NCBI GenBank assembly: GCA_036637375.1
Contig: JAVWMQ010000004.1
Location: forward strand, 4,698-68,697
Length of the DNA stretch: 64,000 nt
DNA from: Anaerovoracaceae bacterium
GTDB lineage: Bacteria > Bacillota > Clostridia > Peptostreptococcales > Anaerovoracaceae
Direction of reading: 5' to 3'
Shown here: positions 1 to 10,089 of the stretch, one piece after another
How positions within the stretch are numbered: position 1 is the stretch's first letter
How the letters are laid out: each line of letters starts with the position of its first letter
Notes under the pieces: generated by a model
The model's input: only the letters and a program-made list of their open reading frames with translations
What the model was told of the DNA's origin: nothing
Database searches by the model: none
Program-made: the position numbers and the translations under genes

Positions 1-503
1 TTGATACTGGAGATATGCTTGCAACTTCAAGAATTAAAATTAACAAAAAAACAGGCGGGGAGTTACATGATGAACTTTCTGTTATAGGTGCAGAACTTTT
101 AAGAGAGAATCTGGAAAAAATTGAAATGGGTCAGCTAATACCAATTAAGCAAGACGATAGTCAAGCAACATATGCACAGATGATTTTCAAAAAAGATGCA
201 ATGTTAGATTTTTCTAAATCTGCAGTGGAAATTGAAAGAGCAATACGAGGTTTTAACCCTTGGCCAGTGTGTTATACAAGCTATAATGGCAATATGTTAA
301 AGATTTGGGAAGCGGATGTTGCTGATACAAATAATGAGAAGGTACCAGGAACAATTCTTAGTGCCTCAAAAGATGGAATTGAGATTGCAACAGGTAAAGG
401 AAGCCTGATTGCCAAGAAAGTTCAAGTAGCAGGCAAGAAACCTATGAAGGTTGAAGACTTCTTACGTGGTAATAACATTGAAATATTATCAGTTTTAGGG
501 TAA
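1..503 (+). CDS. fmt: Methionyl-tRNA formyltransferase, C-terminal part (5' end lies outside the window)
   Basis: The frame is open from the window edge to the stop at 501-503. The translation (FNPWPVCYT, KIWEA, GKKPMKVEDFLRG) looks like the Fmt C-terminal domain. rsmB follows, as in the conserved fmt-rsmB arrangement. Confidence 0.85.
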   Translation, partial: DTGDMLATSRIKINKKTGGELHDELSVIGAELLRENLEKIEMGQLIPIKQDDSQATYAQMIFKKDAMLDFSKSAVEIERAIRGFNPWPVCYTSYNGNMLKIWEADVADTNNEKVPGTILSASKDGIEIATGKGSLIAKKVQVAGKKPMKVEDFLRGNNIEILSVLG

Positions 504-586
504 AATATAATAAGCGAATTTATAACTGTTTTGACAGTAAACAAGTATGAATATATTTAGAATAATTAGGATAGGAGGCGACATTA

Positions 587-1879
587 GTGGACATTAATAG
601 AAAGACGGCATATTTCACTTTGATGGATATAGAACAAAAAAAACAATATTCAAATTTAGCACTAAATCATCACATACTATGTATGAAGCCGACATCGCAA
701 GGCTTTGTTAGGGAACTTGTGTATGGGGTACTAGAGAACAAATATTTAATAGACTATATCATTAATCAACTGATACCAAAGGATGTTTCCAAAGTCAAGA
801 AGCAAGATTTGACTATTTTGAGAATGGGAATTTATCAAATTGCAAAAATGAATTCAGTGCCAGAATATGCAGCGGTAAATGAAAGCGTAATGTTAGCAAA
901 GAAATTCGCAAGAGGCAGAGAAAAGTTTGTTAATGGTGTTCTAAGATCATATATTAGCAATAGATTTAGTATCAATCTACCAAAGAGGGAAGATGACGAA
1001 ATACGATATTTATCAGTTAAATATTCATATGAGCCATGGATTGTTAAACTTTGGCTTTCTGAATATGATGTGGAGTTTGTAGAGAAACTTCTTGAAGAAG
1101 GAAATAAGACTCCAGGAGTTACAATACGTCTAAATTGGTTAAAAGGTATGAAACGTGATGTAATTAAGGGTCTTGAAGAACGAGGCTTTGAAGTAGAGCA
1201 AGGTAAGCTTTGTAGCAATGCTTTACATGTAAAGGGGGGAGACCTACTTGATACAGGAATGTACAAAATGGGTGTTTTTTCCATACAGGATGAAGCTTCT
1301 CAACTTGTGGTAAATATGCTTGAACCTAATGATACGGATGTTGTTATGGATGTGTGCGCAGCACCTGGTGGTAAAACTTTAGCTATAGCAGAGGCTATGA
1401 ACAATAAGGGCACAGTAATAGCTAGAGATATATATAAACGTAAAGTTGAAATAATAAATAAAGAAGCAAAGCGACTAGGATTAACTAATGTTCAGACGGG
1501 GACATGGGATGCTGCAAAGCTAGACTCAAGTATGGTTGAGCAAGCAGATAAGGTACTAGTTGATGCACCATGCTCTGGTTTAGGTGTTATTCGTAGAAAA
1601 CCAGAAATTAAATACAAAAAACTAACAGAGGAATTAAGACTATTACCTGTCAAGCAATTGTCAATTCTAAAGACAGCGGCTAAATACGTCAAACCGGGTG
1701 GGATTTTAATGTACAGCACATGTACAATTAACTCTTACGAAAATCAAAAGGTTGTCGCAGATTTTTTGAGAAACAATAGTAGGTTTGATTTAATTGAATC
1801 AAGGCAACTTTTGCCGCATGTTGACGGGGCAGATGGATTTTATATATGTAAAATGATTAAAAAGGATAGTATTATTTAA
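587..1879 (+). CDS. rsmB: 16S rRNA (cytosine967-C5)-methyltransferase RsmB/Sun
   Basis: 430 aa with a GTG start preceded by GGAGG. N-terminal NusB-like region, SAM motif DVCAAPGGKT, and catalytic Cys motifs DAPCSGLG and YSTCT. Confidence 0.9.
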   Translation: MDINRKTAYFTLMDIEQKKQYSNLALNHHILCMKPTSQGFVRELVYGVLENKYLIDYIINQLIPKDVSKVKKQDLTILRMGIYQIAKMNSVPEYAAVNESVMLAKKFARGREKFVNGVLRSYISNRFSINLPKREDDEIRYLSVKYSYEPWIVKLWLSEYDVEFVEKLLEEGNKTPGVTIRLNWLKGMKRDVIKGLEERGFEVEQGKLCSNALHVKGGDLLDTGMYKMGVFSIQDEASQLVVNMLEPNDTDVVMDVCAAPGGKTLAIAEAMNNKGTVIARDIYKRKVEIINKEAKRLGLTNVQTGTWDAAKLDSSMVEQADKVLVDAPCSGLGVIRRKPEIKYKKLTEELRLLPVKQLSILKTAAKYVKPGGILMYSTCTINSYENQKVVADFLRNNSRFDLIESRQLLPHVDGADGFYICKMIKKDSII

Positions 1880-1898
1880 TTAGAGTGGAGAGCAAAGT

Positions 1899-2648
1899 AT
1901 GATACAAATAGGCTTTAAGAGCGACAGAGGTAAAAGGCGAAATAACAACGAGGATGCCTGCTTTGTTATGCCTAAGGAAAATGTTTATATGGTTGCAGAT
2001 GGAGTTGGTGGCAACAATGCTGGAGAATGTGCAAGCAATATGGCAGTTAGCAAAATTGCTGAATGTATTAGAGAAAACTCTTTGACTGGAATAGAAGATC
2101 AAAATGAAATAGCAATATGTTTGAAAAGATATATTGAAATTGCAAACAAAGAAATAATTGATTTTGCACTACACAATAAGGAAAATCGTGGTATGGCAAC
2201 AACCTTAGTGATGTGCTATATCAAGGGAGATACACTTTATATTGCAAATATTGGTGACAGTAGAGCATATATTTATAGACAAGGAGAGTTGTTTCAAATC
2301 ACAGAGGATCATAGCTATGTGAACTCGTTAATAAAAATGGGGGCAATTACTCATGAGGAAGCTAAAGATCACGAAAAGGGACACATGATTACAAAAGCGC
2401 TTGGTGCGGCAAAGGAAGCAGATGCAGACTACTATCAAACAAAAATAGTAGATGGAGATGTTGTTTTGCTTTGCACAGATGGGCTTTATGGAGAATTATC
2501 TGAAGGAGAAATTGAAAAATTAATATCACAAGAGGGTGACATGAGTAAACTAGCAGAGAAACTAATTGCTTATGCTAATGAAGCAGGGGGACGAGACAAT
2601 ATTACCGCTGTGTGCATTAAAACAAAGGGAGGATGCCAATATGAATAA
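1899..2648 (+). CDS. stp: PP2C-family Ser/Thr protein phosphatase
   Basis: 249 aa with motifs RRNNNEDA, MVADGVGG, DGLYGEL and GGRDNITAV. It overlaps the partner kinase gene by 8 nt. Confidence 0.9.
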   Translation: MIQIGFKSDRGKRRNNNEDACFVMPKENVYMVADGVGGNNAGECASNMAVSKIAECIRENSLTGIEDQNEIAICLKRYIEIANKEIIDFALHNKENRGMATTLVMCYIKGDTLYIANIGDSRAYIYRQGELFQITEDHSYVNSLIKMGAITHEEAKDHEKGHMITKALGAAKEADADYYQTKIVDGDVVLLCTDGLYGELSEGEIEKLISQEGDMSKLAEKLIAYANEAGGRDNITAVCIKTKGGCQYE

Positions 2649-4593
2649 CAATGTTATTGCTGGAAGATATGAGCTGATAGAAAAAATCGGCGATGGCGGC
2701 ATGGCTGTTGTGTACAAAGCAAAGTGTCGATTGTTAAAGAGGTTTGTTGCAGTAAAAATACTCAAACCAGAATTTACAAATGATGTGAAGTTTATTGAAA
2801 GCTTTAGGAGAGAATCTCATGCGGCTGCTAGTCTTTCTCATCCTAATATTGTGAATATTTTTGATGTTGGAAGAGAAGGAAATATTAACTATATTGTGAT
2901 GGAGTTAGTAACAGGCGAAACTCTAAGTGAGATGATCAAAAGAGAAGCTCCAATGGATTATAGAAAAGCTATAGAAATTACTAAGCAAATTGCAGCGGGA
3001 TTATCTGCAGCTCATAAACATAGCATTGTCCATAGAGATGTAAAGCCTCACAATATACTTATTACAGAAGATGGAATAGCTAAGATTACAGACTTTGGTA
3101 TTGCAAAGGCTGTGACAAATACAACTATAGTAGATAAAACTAATGATAGGGTTATGGGATCAGTACATTACTTTTCGCCAGAGCAAGCAAGAGGTGGATA
3201 CGTTGATGAAAAGTCAGATATATATTCACTAGGTATTGTTTTGTTTGAAATGCTAACAGGCAGAGTACCTTTTGATGGAGACAACCCAGTTACTATAGCA
3301 TTAATGCAAATAAATGAGGAAATAACACCTCCAACAGCGCTAGTACATGGAATACCTCCAAGACTTGAAAAAATTGTATTAAAGGCAACTGAAAAATATC
3401 CAACAAAGAGATTTAAGAGTGCTGATGAAATGATTGAAGCATTGGACAATTTGGAGCTAGTTACAAGAGTAGTTGGAGCATCAGTATTTAAACCTGCTGA
3501 TGATGAATACATGAGAAAAAGTGAAAAAGATTATCTAAAGAATCTTAGGGACTATGATGATGAAGACGATGACGATGATTACAAACCGTCAAAGGCTAAG
3601 CCTAAGAAGAAGAAAAGTAATAAGTCAAAAAAAGGTAAAAAGAATAAACTAAAGATAATAATTCCAGTAGTTGCAGGAATTCTAGTTATTGCAATTGGTT
3701 TAGGTCTTGCTTTTTCAATGGGTTGGCTAGGTAAAAAAGACATAAAAGTTCCAGATGTAAAAGGAATGACATTTGAAGAGGCAGAATCGGCATTAGAGGC
3801 TGTTAAGCTAAAAATAGAAGTTGGCGAGTATGTTTACTCAGAGGATTATAAACAAGATGATGTATCATCTCAAGATCCAGAAGCCGGGGAAATGGCTCGA
3901 AAAGGTCAAACTGTAACTGTTGAAATTTCTAAAGGCTCAGAAAAAGGTGTAGTTCCTAACTTGCTTGGCAAAACTGAGGCTGAGGCAAAACAGATGATAG
4001 AGCAATACGGATATAAGCTTGGAGATGTAAAAGAAAAAGAGGGTGCTGAGGAAGCTGGAACTGTGCTAGAACAAGACCCTAAAGCAGGAGAAGAGGCTAA
4101 ACCAGGAGACACTATTAATATCGTAATTAGTGATGGAAAAGGAAAAAAAGAAGCTGAAGTTCCAAATCTTTTAGGTATGGATTTAGAGGCTGCTAAGACA
4201 GCGCTTGAAAATGCAGGATTAAAAGTTGGTAGAGTATCAGAGGGAGTTAGCGATAGTTATAACTCTGGTGAAGTTATGTGGCAACAATACAACAGTGGTA
4301 CAAAGCTTAAAGAAGGAGACACTGTTAATATTAGAGTAAGCCAAGGACAATCATCAGCTGTTGACATTTATGTTGATTTTGGAAGTGCAGAAGAAGAAGT
4401 ATTCTACATGACAGTTACAGTCTCTGATAGTAATGGAACTAGAAATATTATTACAAGAGAACAAAAGAAAAAGGCAGATGGTGGTGAAACTATTAGAGTC
4501 AAGGGTAGCGGAAGCGGTACAATTACTGTAATATTTGACGACAAGACTGTAATGAAGAAAACTGTTAACTTCTCAGCAGGAGATGTTGGCTGA
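2641..4593 (+). CDS. prkC: Ser/Thr protein kinase with PASTA repeats (PrkC/PknB type)
   Basis: The ORF-track start at 2566 lies inside stp. ATG 2641 follows a GGGAGGA RBS. Hanks kinase motifs are present (GDGGMAVVYKA, HRDVKPHN, DFG, SPE). There is one TM segment, three PASTA repeats (PDVKG, VPNLLG x2) and a C-terminal beta-rich domain. Confidence 0.9.
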   Translation: MNNNVIAGRYELIEKIGDGGMAVVYKAKCRLLKRFVAVKILKPEFTNDVKFIESFRRESHAAASLSHPNIVNIFDVGREGNINYIVMELVTGETLSEMIKREAPMDYRKAIEITKQIAAGLSAAHKHSIVHRDVKPHNILITEDGIAKITDFGIAKAVTNTTIVDKTNDRVMGSVHYFSPEQARGGYVDEKSDIYSLGIVLFEMLTGRVPFDGDNPVTIALMQINEEITPPTALVHGIPPRLEKIVLKATEKYPTKRFKSADEMIEALDNLELVTRVVGASVFKPADDEYMRKSEKDYLKNLRDYDDEDDDDDYKPSKAKPKKKKSNKSKKGKKNKLKIIIPVVAGILVIAIGLGLAFSMGWLGKKDIKVPDVKGMTFEEAESALEAVKLKIEVGEYVYSEDYKQDDVSSQDPEAGEMARKGQTVTVEISKGSEKGVVPNLLGKTEAEAKQMIEQYGYKLGDVKEKEGAEEAGTVLEQDPKAGEEAKPGDTINIVISDGKGKKEAEVPNLLGMDLEAAKTALENAGLKVGRVSEGVSDSYNSGEVMWQQYNSGTKLKEGDTVNIRVSQGQSSAVDIYVDFGSAEEEVFYMTVTVSDSNGTRNIITREQKKKADGGETIRVKGSGSGTITVIFDDKTVMKKTVNFSAGDVG

Positions 4594-5459
4594 TGGAAGG
4601 ATTAATTATTAAGGGCATTGCTGGGTTTTATTACGTTAAAACCCATGATGGAAAAGTTTATCAATGTAAAGCTAGGGGGTTATTCAAAAAAAAGGGCATA
4701 ACCCCTTTTGTAGGTGATAATGTGATTTTTGAAATTCTTGAAGATGGTGATGGCATTATAGATGAAATTTTACCACGCAAAAATCAATATATTAGGCCAC
4801 CTATTGCTAATATAGATATGTTTGTAGTTGTTACATCGGCAACAAGCCCACAGCCAAATCCAAGGGTTATTGATAAATTCTTAGTTATGGCAGAAAAAAG
4901 CCAAGCTGAGATAATTCTATGTATCAACAAGATTGATATTGCAACAAAAGAGGAAATTGAAAATTTAAAAGATATATATGGAAATATATATAAAATGATT
5001 TTTGTAAGTGGCGAAAAAAGTATTGGAATAGAGCAATTGAGAAATGCCTTGAGCAAAAAGAAAACGGCTTTTGCAGGGCCTTCTGGAGTTGGAAAGTCTA
5101 CATTAATTAATAAACTTGAACCAAGAATGAACCTTGAAACAGGCGAAATTAGTGCAAAAACAAACAGAGGTAAACACACAACAAGACATGTTGAAATTTT
5201 TGATATGAGCTTTGGTGGTATGATATTTGATACACCAGGCTTTACAGCATTTGATGTTTTGGAAGCTGAAGCAGCTGAACTACAGTTTTTATATCCTGAA
5301 ATGGATGACTATATTGGAGAATGTAGATTTGATAATTGTAGGCATTTAAAAGAGCCTGGATGTGCAGTTTTAAATGCTAAGGATAAGGGAGATATTCATA
5401 ATTCAAGATATGAATCATATAAATCCCAAATGGAAGAAATCATAAATCAAAAGAAATAG
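4593..5459 (+). CDS. rsgA: Ribosome small-subunit-dependent GTPase A
   Basis: 288 aa. The ATG overlaps the prkC stop (TGATG). Circularly permuted GTPase with NKID, P-loop GPSGVGKST and DTPG. C-terminal zinc motif CRFDNCRHLKEPGC. Confidence 0.9.
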   Translation: MEGLIIKGIAGFYYVKTHDGKVYQCKARGLFKKKGITPFVGDNVIFEILEDGDGIIDEILPRKNQYIRPPIANIDMFVVVTSATSPQPNPRVIDKFLVMAEKSQAEIILCINKIDIATKEEIENLKDIYGNIYKMIFVSGEKSIGIEQLRNALSKKKTAFAGPSGVGKSTLINKLEPRMNLETGEISAKTNRGKHTTRHVEIFDMSFGGMIFDTPGFTAFDVLEAEAAELQFLYPEMDDYIGECRFDNCRHLKEPGCAVLNAKDKGDIHNSRYESYKSQMEEIINQKK

Positions 5460-5473
5460 TGAGAGGAAATGTT

Positions 5474-6124
5474 ATGAATAAATTAGCACCGTCAATTTTG
5501 TCAGCGGATTTTAGCAGACTTGGTGAAGATGTAAAAGTAATTGAAGATGCAGGGGCACATATAATACATGTAGATGTAATGGATGGACATTTTGTCCCCA
5601 ATATTAGCTATGGAGCGACTGTAATGAAAAGCTTGTTAGGAAAAACGAATATGCCTTTTGACGTACATCTAATGATTGAAAATGCTGATCAATTCATAGA
5701 AGATTTTGTCACTCCAAATACTGAGTATATAACAGTTCATGAGGAAGCGTGCAGACATTTACATAGGACTGTTAGCTATATTAAATCTTTTGGTATTAAG
5801 GCAGGTGTTGCAATTAATCCAGCTACACCAGTTAGTTCTTTGGAATGTATACTAGAAGATGTCGATATGGTTTTGGTTATGTCAGTGAACCCAGGGTTTG
5901 GTGGGCAAAAGTTCATACCATCATCATTAAAGAAGGTAAAAGAACTTGATGAGATTAGAAAAAAACATAACCTTAATTTTGAAATAGAGATTGATGGTGG
6001 AATTAATTTGGACAATGTTGAAGAAGTTGTTTTGGCGGGAGTTAATATTGTAGTTGCAGGTTCATCTGTTTTTAAGGCTGATGATGTTGCTTTAAGAACT
6101 AAGGAATTTATTGGAAAAATATAG
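5474..6124 (+). CDS. rpe: Ribulose-phosphate 3-epimerase
   Basis: ATG 5474 follows a GAGAGG RBS; the ORF-track GTG at 5459 is a less likely start. Motifs HVDVMDGHFVPN, MSVNPGFGGQKF and IDGGIN. Confidence 0.9.
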   Translation: MNKLAPSILSADFSRLGEDVKVIEDAGAHIIHVDVMDGHFVPNISYGATVMKSLLGKTNMPFDVHLMIENADQFIEDFVTPNTEYITVHEEACRHLHRTVSYIKSFGIKAGVAINPATPVSSLECILEDVDMVLVMSVNPGFGGQKFIPSSLKKVKELDEIRKKHNLNFEIEIDGGINLDNVEEVVLAGVNIVVAGSSVFKADDVALRTKEFIGKI

Positions 6125-6142
6125 GGTTATAACGGTACTAAT

Positions 6143-7465
6143 ATGAGAGCAGATAAGCATAAAAGTAAATTTAAAAAGGTTACAAACGAATTGTTGAAGG
6201 AAAAGAAAAGTGTCAACAAGGGAGCAAAAAGTGCGAAAAAAAACACTAGAGTTAAAGCATCATTTCCAAGTAAAGATACTAGAGAATTAGCAGAGAACAA
6301 AGAAGCTGCTTTGAATCTTAAGAAGGAGTATACGGCAAAACAAGGACCGCTATCTTCAACAGAGGAAAGACGCATTAAAAGAGAACAAAAAAAGAAAAGA
6401 AAGAAAAGACTTGGATGTATAATTCCACTTGTATTAGTGTTATGCTTAATCATCACTGGTGGTGTAGTAGCTAAAAAAGGTTATAATTACGTTTATGGTA
6501 AATTAGAAAAGATGAATCATAAAGAAGTAAACAAAGATGATTTGGAAATATCAAAAAGGAGTAGCAATGATTTAAAAGATTTTAGGAATATTGCTATTCT
6601 TGGGATTGATACTCGTGAAGGAGAAGACGATGAAACTTGTAGAACTGATGCAATAATTATGGCAACAGTGGACAAAAAATCCAAAAAAATCAAGTTAACA
6701 TCAATAGACAGAGATACATACTGGACAGTAGACGAGGTTGGAGTAAAAAGATTAGATAAAACTAATCATGCTCACGCATACGGTGGACCAGCTGGAACTA
6801 TGAGAGCTTTAAATAGAAATGCAGACTTAAATGTAGATGGTTTTGTTAGAGTTAATTGGAAAACAGTTGCAGATACGGTAGATGCTATGGGAGGTCTTGT
6901 ATTACCAATTAAAGATTATGAAATAAACGAAATGAATAAGTATATTAGAGATACAAATAAAAATCTTCATGGCGATGATACACCAATTACAAAAGCAGGT
7001 AAACAAAAGTTAAATGGAATACAGGCTGTAACTTATTGCAGAATAAGAAAAGTTGGAAATGGAGATACAGAGAGAGCTGAAAGAATGAGAAGAACTCTTG
7101 AAGCATGTATTTCTAAGGTGAAAACTATGAGCTTTAAAGAAATTGATGCGATGGCTGATAAAATTTTGCCTGAAATAACGACTAATTTAACATCAAAAGA
7201 AATCATAAGACTTATGATTACTGCTGCAAGATGTAAAATTGAAAATAGTGGAGGTTTTCCATATGTTTCTGACGGAAAAGTAATAAACGGGGTTTGGTAC
7301 ACGCCGCCAATAACGTTAGAAAAAAATGTAATAGAGTTGCATAAAAGATTATTTGGGCAAAAAGATTATGTACCAAGTGAAGAAGTGCAGCTAATCAACA
7401 ACGAGATTATACAAGCTACAGGCTTTGATGGTACGGGGTATCCAGAACCAGGAGAGGAAAATTAA
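6143..7465 (+). CDS. LytR-CpsA-Psr (LCP) family cell-wall glycopolymer ligase
   Basis: 440 aa. A roughly 90 aa Lys-rich cytoplasmic tail is followed by one TM segment and an LCP domain with RTDAIIMATVD and LTSIDRDTY. Confidence 0.8.
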   Translation: MRADKHKSKFKKVTNELLKEKKSVNKGAKSAKKNTRVKASFPSKDTRELAENKEAALNLKKEYTAKQGPLSSTEERRIKREQKKKRKKRLGCIIPLVLVLCLIITGGVVAKKGYNYVYGKLEKMNHKEVNKDDLEISKRSSNDLKDFRNIAILGIDTREGEDDETCRTDAIIMATVDKKSKKIKLTSIDRDTYWTVDEVGVKRLDKTNHAHAYGGPAGTMRALNRNADLNVDGFVRVNWKTVADTVDAMGGLVLPIKDYEINEMNKYIRDTNKNLHGDDTPITKAGKQKLNGIQAVTYCRIRKVGNGDTERAERMRRTLEACISKVKTMSFKEIDAMADKILPEITTNLTSKEIIRLMITAARCKIENSGGFPYVSDGKVINGVWYTPPITLEKNVIELHKRLFGQKDYVPSEEVQLINNEIIQATGFDGTGYPEPGEEN

Positions 7466-8268
7466 TGGAATTAATAAATATAGTCAAAGAGCATATTGAG
7501 TGGAGACACCAAATATTCAAATTGGCAAAGTCGGATTTAAGAAAAACTTATAGTGGAGCGGCATTAGGCTGGGCATGGGCAGTTATTAAACCAACTATAA
7601 CCATATTTATCTATTGGTTTGCTTTCTCTGTAGGACTTAGGAATCGTGCAGGTATTGAAGGTTTCCCATTCTTTTTATGGTTAATTGCAGGAATTATTTC
7701 ATGGTTCTATATGCAGGAAATGTGGTCAATGGGACCTATGATAATGAGGAAATACAAGTTTTTGATTACAAAGATGAAGTTTCCAACGTCTACAATACCG
7801 ACGTTTTTTAGCTTGTCAAGTATAGTTGTTCATCTATTTTTGTTAGGCCTTGTAGTAATAATTTACATTATTGCGGGATATGGTGTTTCGATTTATTACA
7901 TTCAAATACCATTTTATATGCTTATGATGTTCTTGATGTTCACTGGATGGGGACTTTTTTCCTCAGTTCTTGGTGCTATGAGCAAGGACTTTTCAAACTT
8001 GATTAAATCCTTTACATTGGCATTGTTTTGGCTATCTGGAATTATGTGGCCAATTTCAAATATTAGCAGTGTTTGGGGGCAAAGATTATTGCAGTTAAAC
8101 CCTGTTACATATATTGTTGAAGGATATAGAAACTGTTTTGTTCATCACGTGTGGTTTTTTGAGCAACCAAAGGTTTTGCTTTTATTTGTTGCAGAACTAG
8201 TTATTATGTGGGCATTTGCGATAGTTATGTACAAAAAACTAAAGAAAGAAATGCCAGATGTGCTATAG
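7465..8268 (+). CDS. ABC-2 type polysaccharide/teichoic-acid export permease (TagG-like)
   Basis: 267 aa multi-pass membrane protein. Its start overlaps the LCP stop, and an ATPase gene follows directly. Confidence 0.75.
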   Translation: MELINIVKEHIEWRHQIFKLAKSDLRKTYSGAALGWAWAVIKPTITIFIYWFAFSVGLRNRAGIEGFPFFLWLIAGIISWFYMQEMWSMGPMIMRKYKFLITKMKFPTSTIPTFFSLSSIVVHLFLLGLVVIIYIIAGYGVSIYYIQIPFYMLMMFLMFTGWGLFSSVLGAMSKDFSNLIKSFTLALFWLSGIMWPISNISSVWGQRLLQLNPVTYIVEGYRNCFVHHVWFFEQPKVLLLFVAELVIMWAFAIVMYKKLKKEMPDVL

Positions 8269-8280
8269 GAGAAAATTTAC

Positions 8281-9009
8281 ATGGGAAATACAGTTATAGA
8301 ATTTAAAAATGTTTCTAAAATATATAAACTATATAAGAATGACAAAATGAGATTGCTTAGTGCATTCTTTAAGAATATAAAGTACAAAGAAAAAATGGCA
8401 GTACAGAATTTAAGTTTTACTGTAAAAAAAGGAGAAGCAGTTGCATTGTTTGGAAAAAACGGAGCAGGAAAATCGACTGTTTTAAAAATGATTACTGAGG
8501 TAACATATCCTACAAAGGGTGAAGTTATAATTAACGGTAGAGTTAGTGCTTTGCTAGAATTAACATCTGGATTTGATAGAGAACTTTCTGGTAGAGAAAA
8601 TATTTATCTAAAAGGACAATTAATGGGGCTCAAGGACAAAGAAATTAAATTAGTTGAGCAAACTATAATAGATTTTGCAGAACTAGGGGACTATATTGAT
8701 CAACCAGTTAGATCTTATTCAAGTGGAATGAAGGCTAGATTAGGATTTGGCATTAATGTAAATATTAATCCAGAAATATTAATTGTAGATGAAGCTTTAA
8801 GCGTTGGAGATGCGTCTTTTAGAAAAAAATGTTTAAAAAAGGTAAATGAAATAATGGACAAAGACGATATAACTTTATTATTTGTTACTCACTCAACTAA
8901 AACCGCTAGAGAATTTTGCAAGCGTGGAATTGTGTTAAAAAAGGGTAAGTTAATACTGGATGGAGACATTGAGGAGGCTATTACAGCTTATAAAAAGGCA
9001 AATAAGTAA
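8281..9009 (+). CDS. ABC transporter ATP-binding protein (TagH/Wzt-like, short form)
   Basis: 242 aa with Walker A GKNGAGKST, signature YSSGMKARL and Walker B ILIVDEAL. Paired with the ABC-2 permease upstream. Confidence 0.8.
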   Translation: MGNTVIEFKNVSKIYKLYKNDKMRLLSAFFKNIKYKEKMAVQNLSFTVKKGEAVALFGKNGAGKSTVLKMITEVTYPTKGEVIINGRVSALLELTSGFDRELSGRENIYLKGQLMGLKDKEIKLVEQTIIDFAELGDYIDQPVRSYSSGMKARLGFGINVNINPEILIVDEALSVGDASFRKKCLKKVNEIMDKDDITLLFVTHSTKTAREFCKRGIVLKKGKLILDGDIEEAITAYKKANK

Positions 9010-9020
9010 TAGAAGTGATA

Positions 9021-10088
9021 ATGAAAAGTGATAAACTAAATTTATTAATATTATTCGGTGGTATTTCTTTGGAGCATGAAGTTTCGTGCATGTCAGCGGC
9101 ATCTATTTTAAAGAATATTGATAAGGATAAGTATGAAATAACTACTGTTGGGATTACTAAAGAGGGAACATGGCTAATGACGGAGGCTTCGGCAGACGAA
9201 ATTCAAAATGGAACTTGGCAAGATCATAAGATGAATAAGGTTGGTAATCTTCTTCTTTCAAGAGAACCGAGTGGATTCAAACTTGATGATGGAACTTTAA
9301 TAAAATTCGATTGTGTTTTTCCAATTATGCATGGCAAATATGGTGAAGATGGAGCGATGCAAGGTGTATTTGAAGTTGCAGGGATTCCATATGTTGGGCC
9401 TAAAGTTTTGGCAAGCTCAACAGGAATGGACAAGATTATGTCTAAGCTTGTAATTGCAAATACGGGAATTAAACAGGCAGATTACTATGATACAGATAGA
9501 TATAATTTTTCTAGTAATCCACTTGGAGAGCTTGAGGCAATTGAAAAAAGGTTTGGCGGAAAGTATCCACTATTTGTTAAGCCTGCAAATACAGGATCTT
9601 CAGTAGGAGTTACAAAAGTCAACAATGACAGAGAACTTTTTGAAGGAATTAAAATAGCAGCAGAAATTGACCATAGAATTTTAATTGAGAGAGGTGTTTC
9701 TGGTAGAGAAATTGAGGTTGCGGTTCTCGGTAACAGGAAACCACAAGCTTCAGTTGTTGGTGAGATAATAGCGGCAAATGAGTTTTATGATTATGAAGCA
9801 AAATATAAAAATGCTGAATCAAAAACAAAAATCATTGATGATTTGCCAGTTGAAGAATTAGATAGAATTCGTGAAACAGCGATTTCAATATATAAACGTT
9901 TTTCGTGTAGAGGATTCACTAGAGTTGATTTCTTTTATACGGAAGAAGGAGAATTGATTTTTAATGAAATCAATACCATTCCTGGATTTACCATTATTAG
10001 TATGTATCCTAAACTTTGGGAAGAAACAGGAATTGAATATGGAGAGTTAATAGATAGACTTATAGAACTTGCGATGGAGGAAATATAA
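9021..10088 (+). CDS. ddl: D-alanine--D-alanine ligase
   Basis: ATP-grasp fold with FGGISLEHEVS, HGKYGEDGAMQG, GSSVGV and NEINTIPGFT. The start is either ATG 9021 or GTG 9015. Confidence 0.9.
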   Translation: MKSDKLNLLILFGGISLEHEVSCMSAASILKNIDKDKYEITTVGITKEGTWLMTEASADEIQNGTWQDHKMNKVGNLLLSREPSGFKLDDGTLIKFDCVFPIMHGKYGEDGAMQGVFEVAGIPYVGPKVLASSTGMDKIMSKLVIANTGIKQADYYDTDRYNFSSNPLGELEAIEKRFGGKYPLFVKPANTGSSVGVTKVNNDRELFEGIKIAAEIDHRILIERGVSGREIEVAVLGNRKPQASVVGEIIAANEFYDYEAKYKNAESKTKIIDDLPVEELDRIRETAISIYKRFSCRGFTRVDFFYTEEGELIFNEINTIPGFTIISMYPKLWEETGIEYGELIDRLIELAMEEI

Positions 10089-10089
10089 A

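Noticed and set aside
835-1284. 149 aa minus-strand ORF inside rsmB, and similar antisense ORFs throughout (e.g. 3168-3512, 4784-5179, 18365-18799, 28796-29167, 59839-60276)
   Set aside because: Each is fully embedded in a recognisable + strand gene. They are S/L/P/I-rich with no start context.
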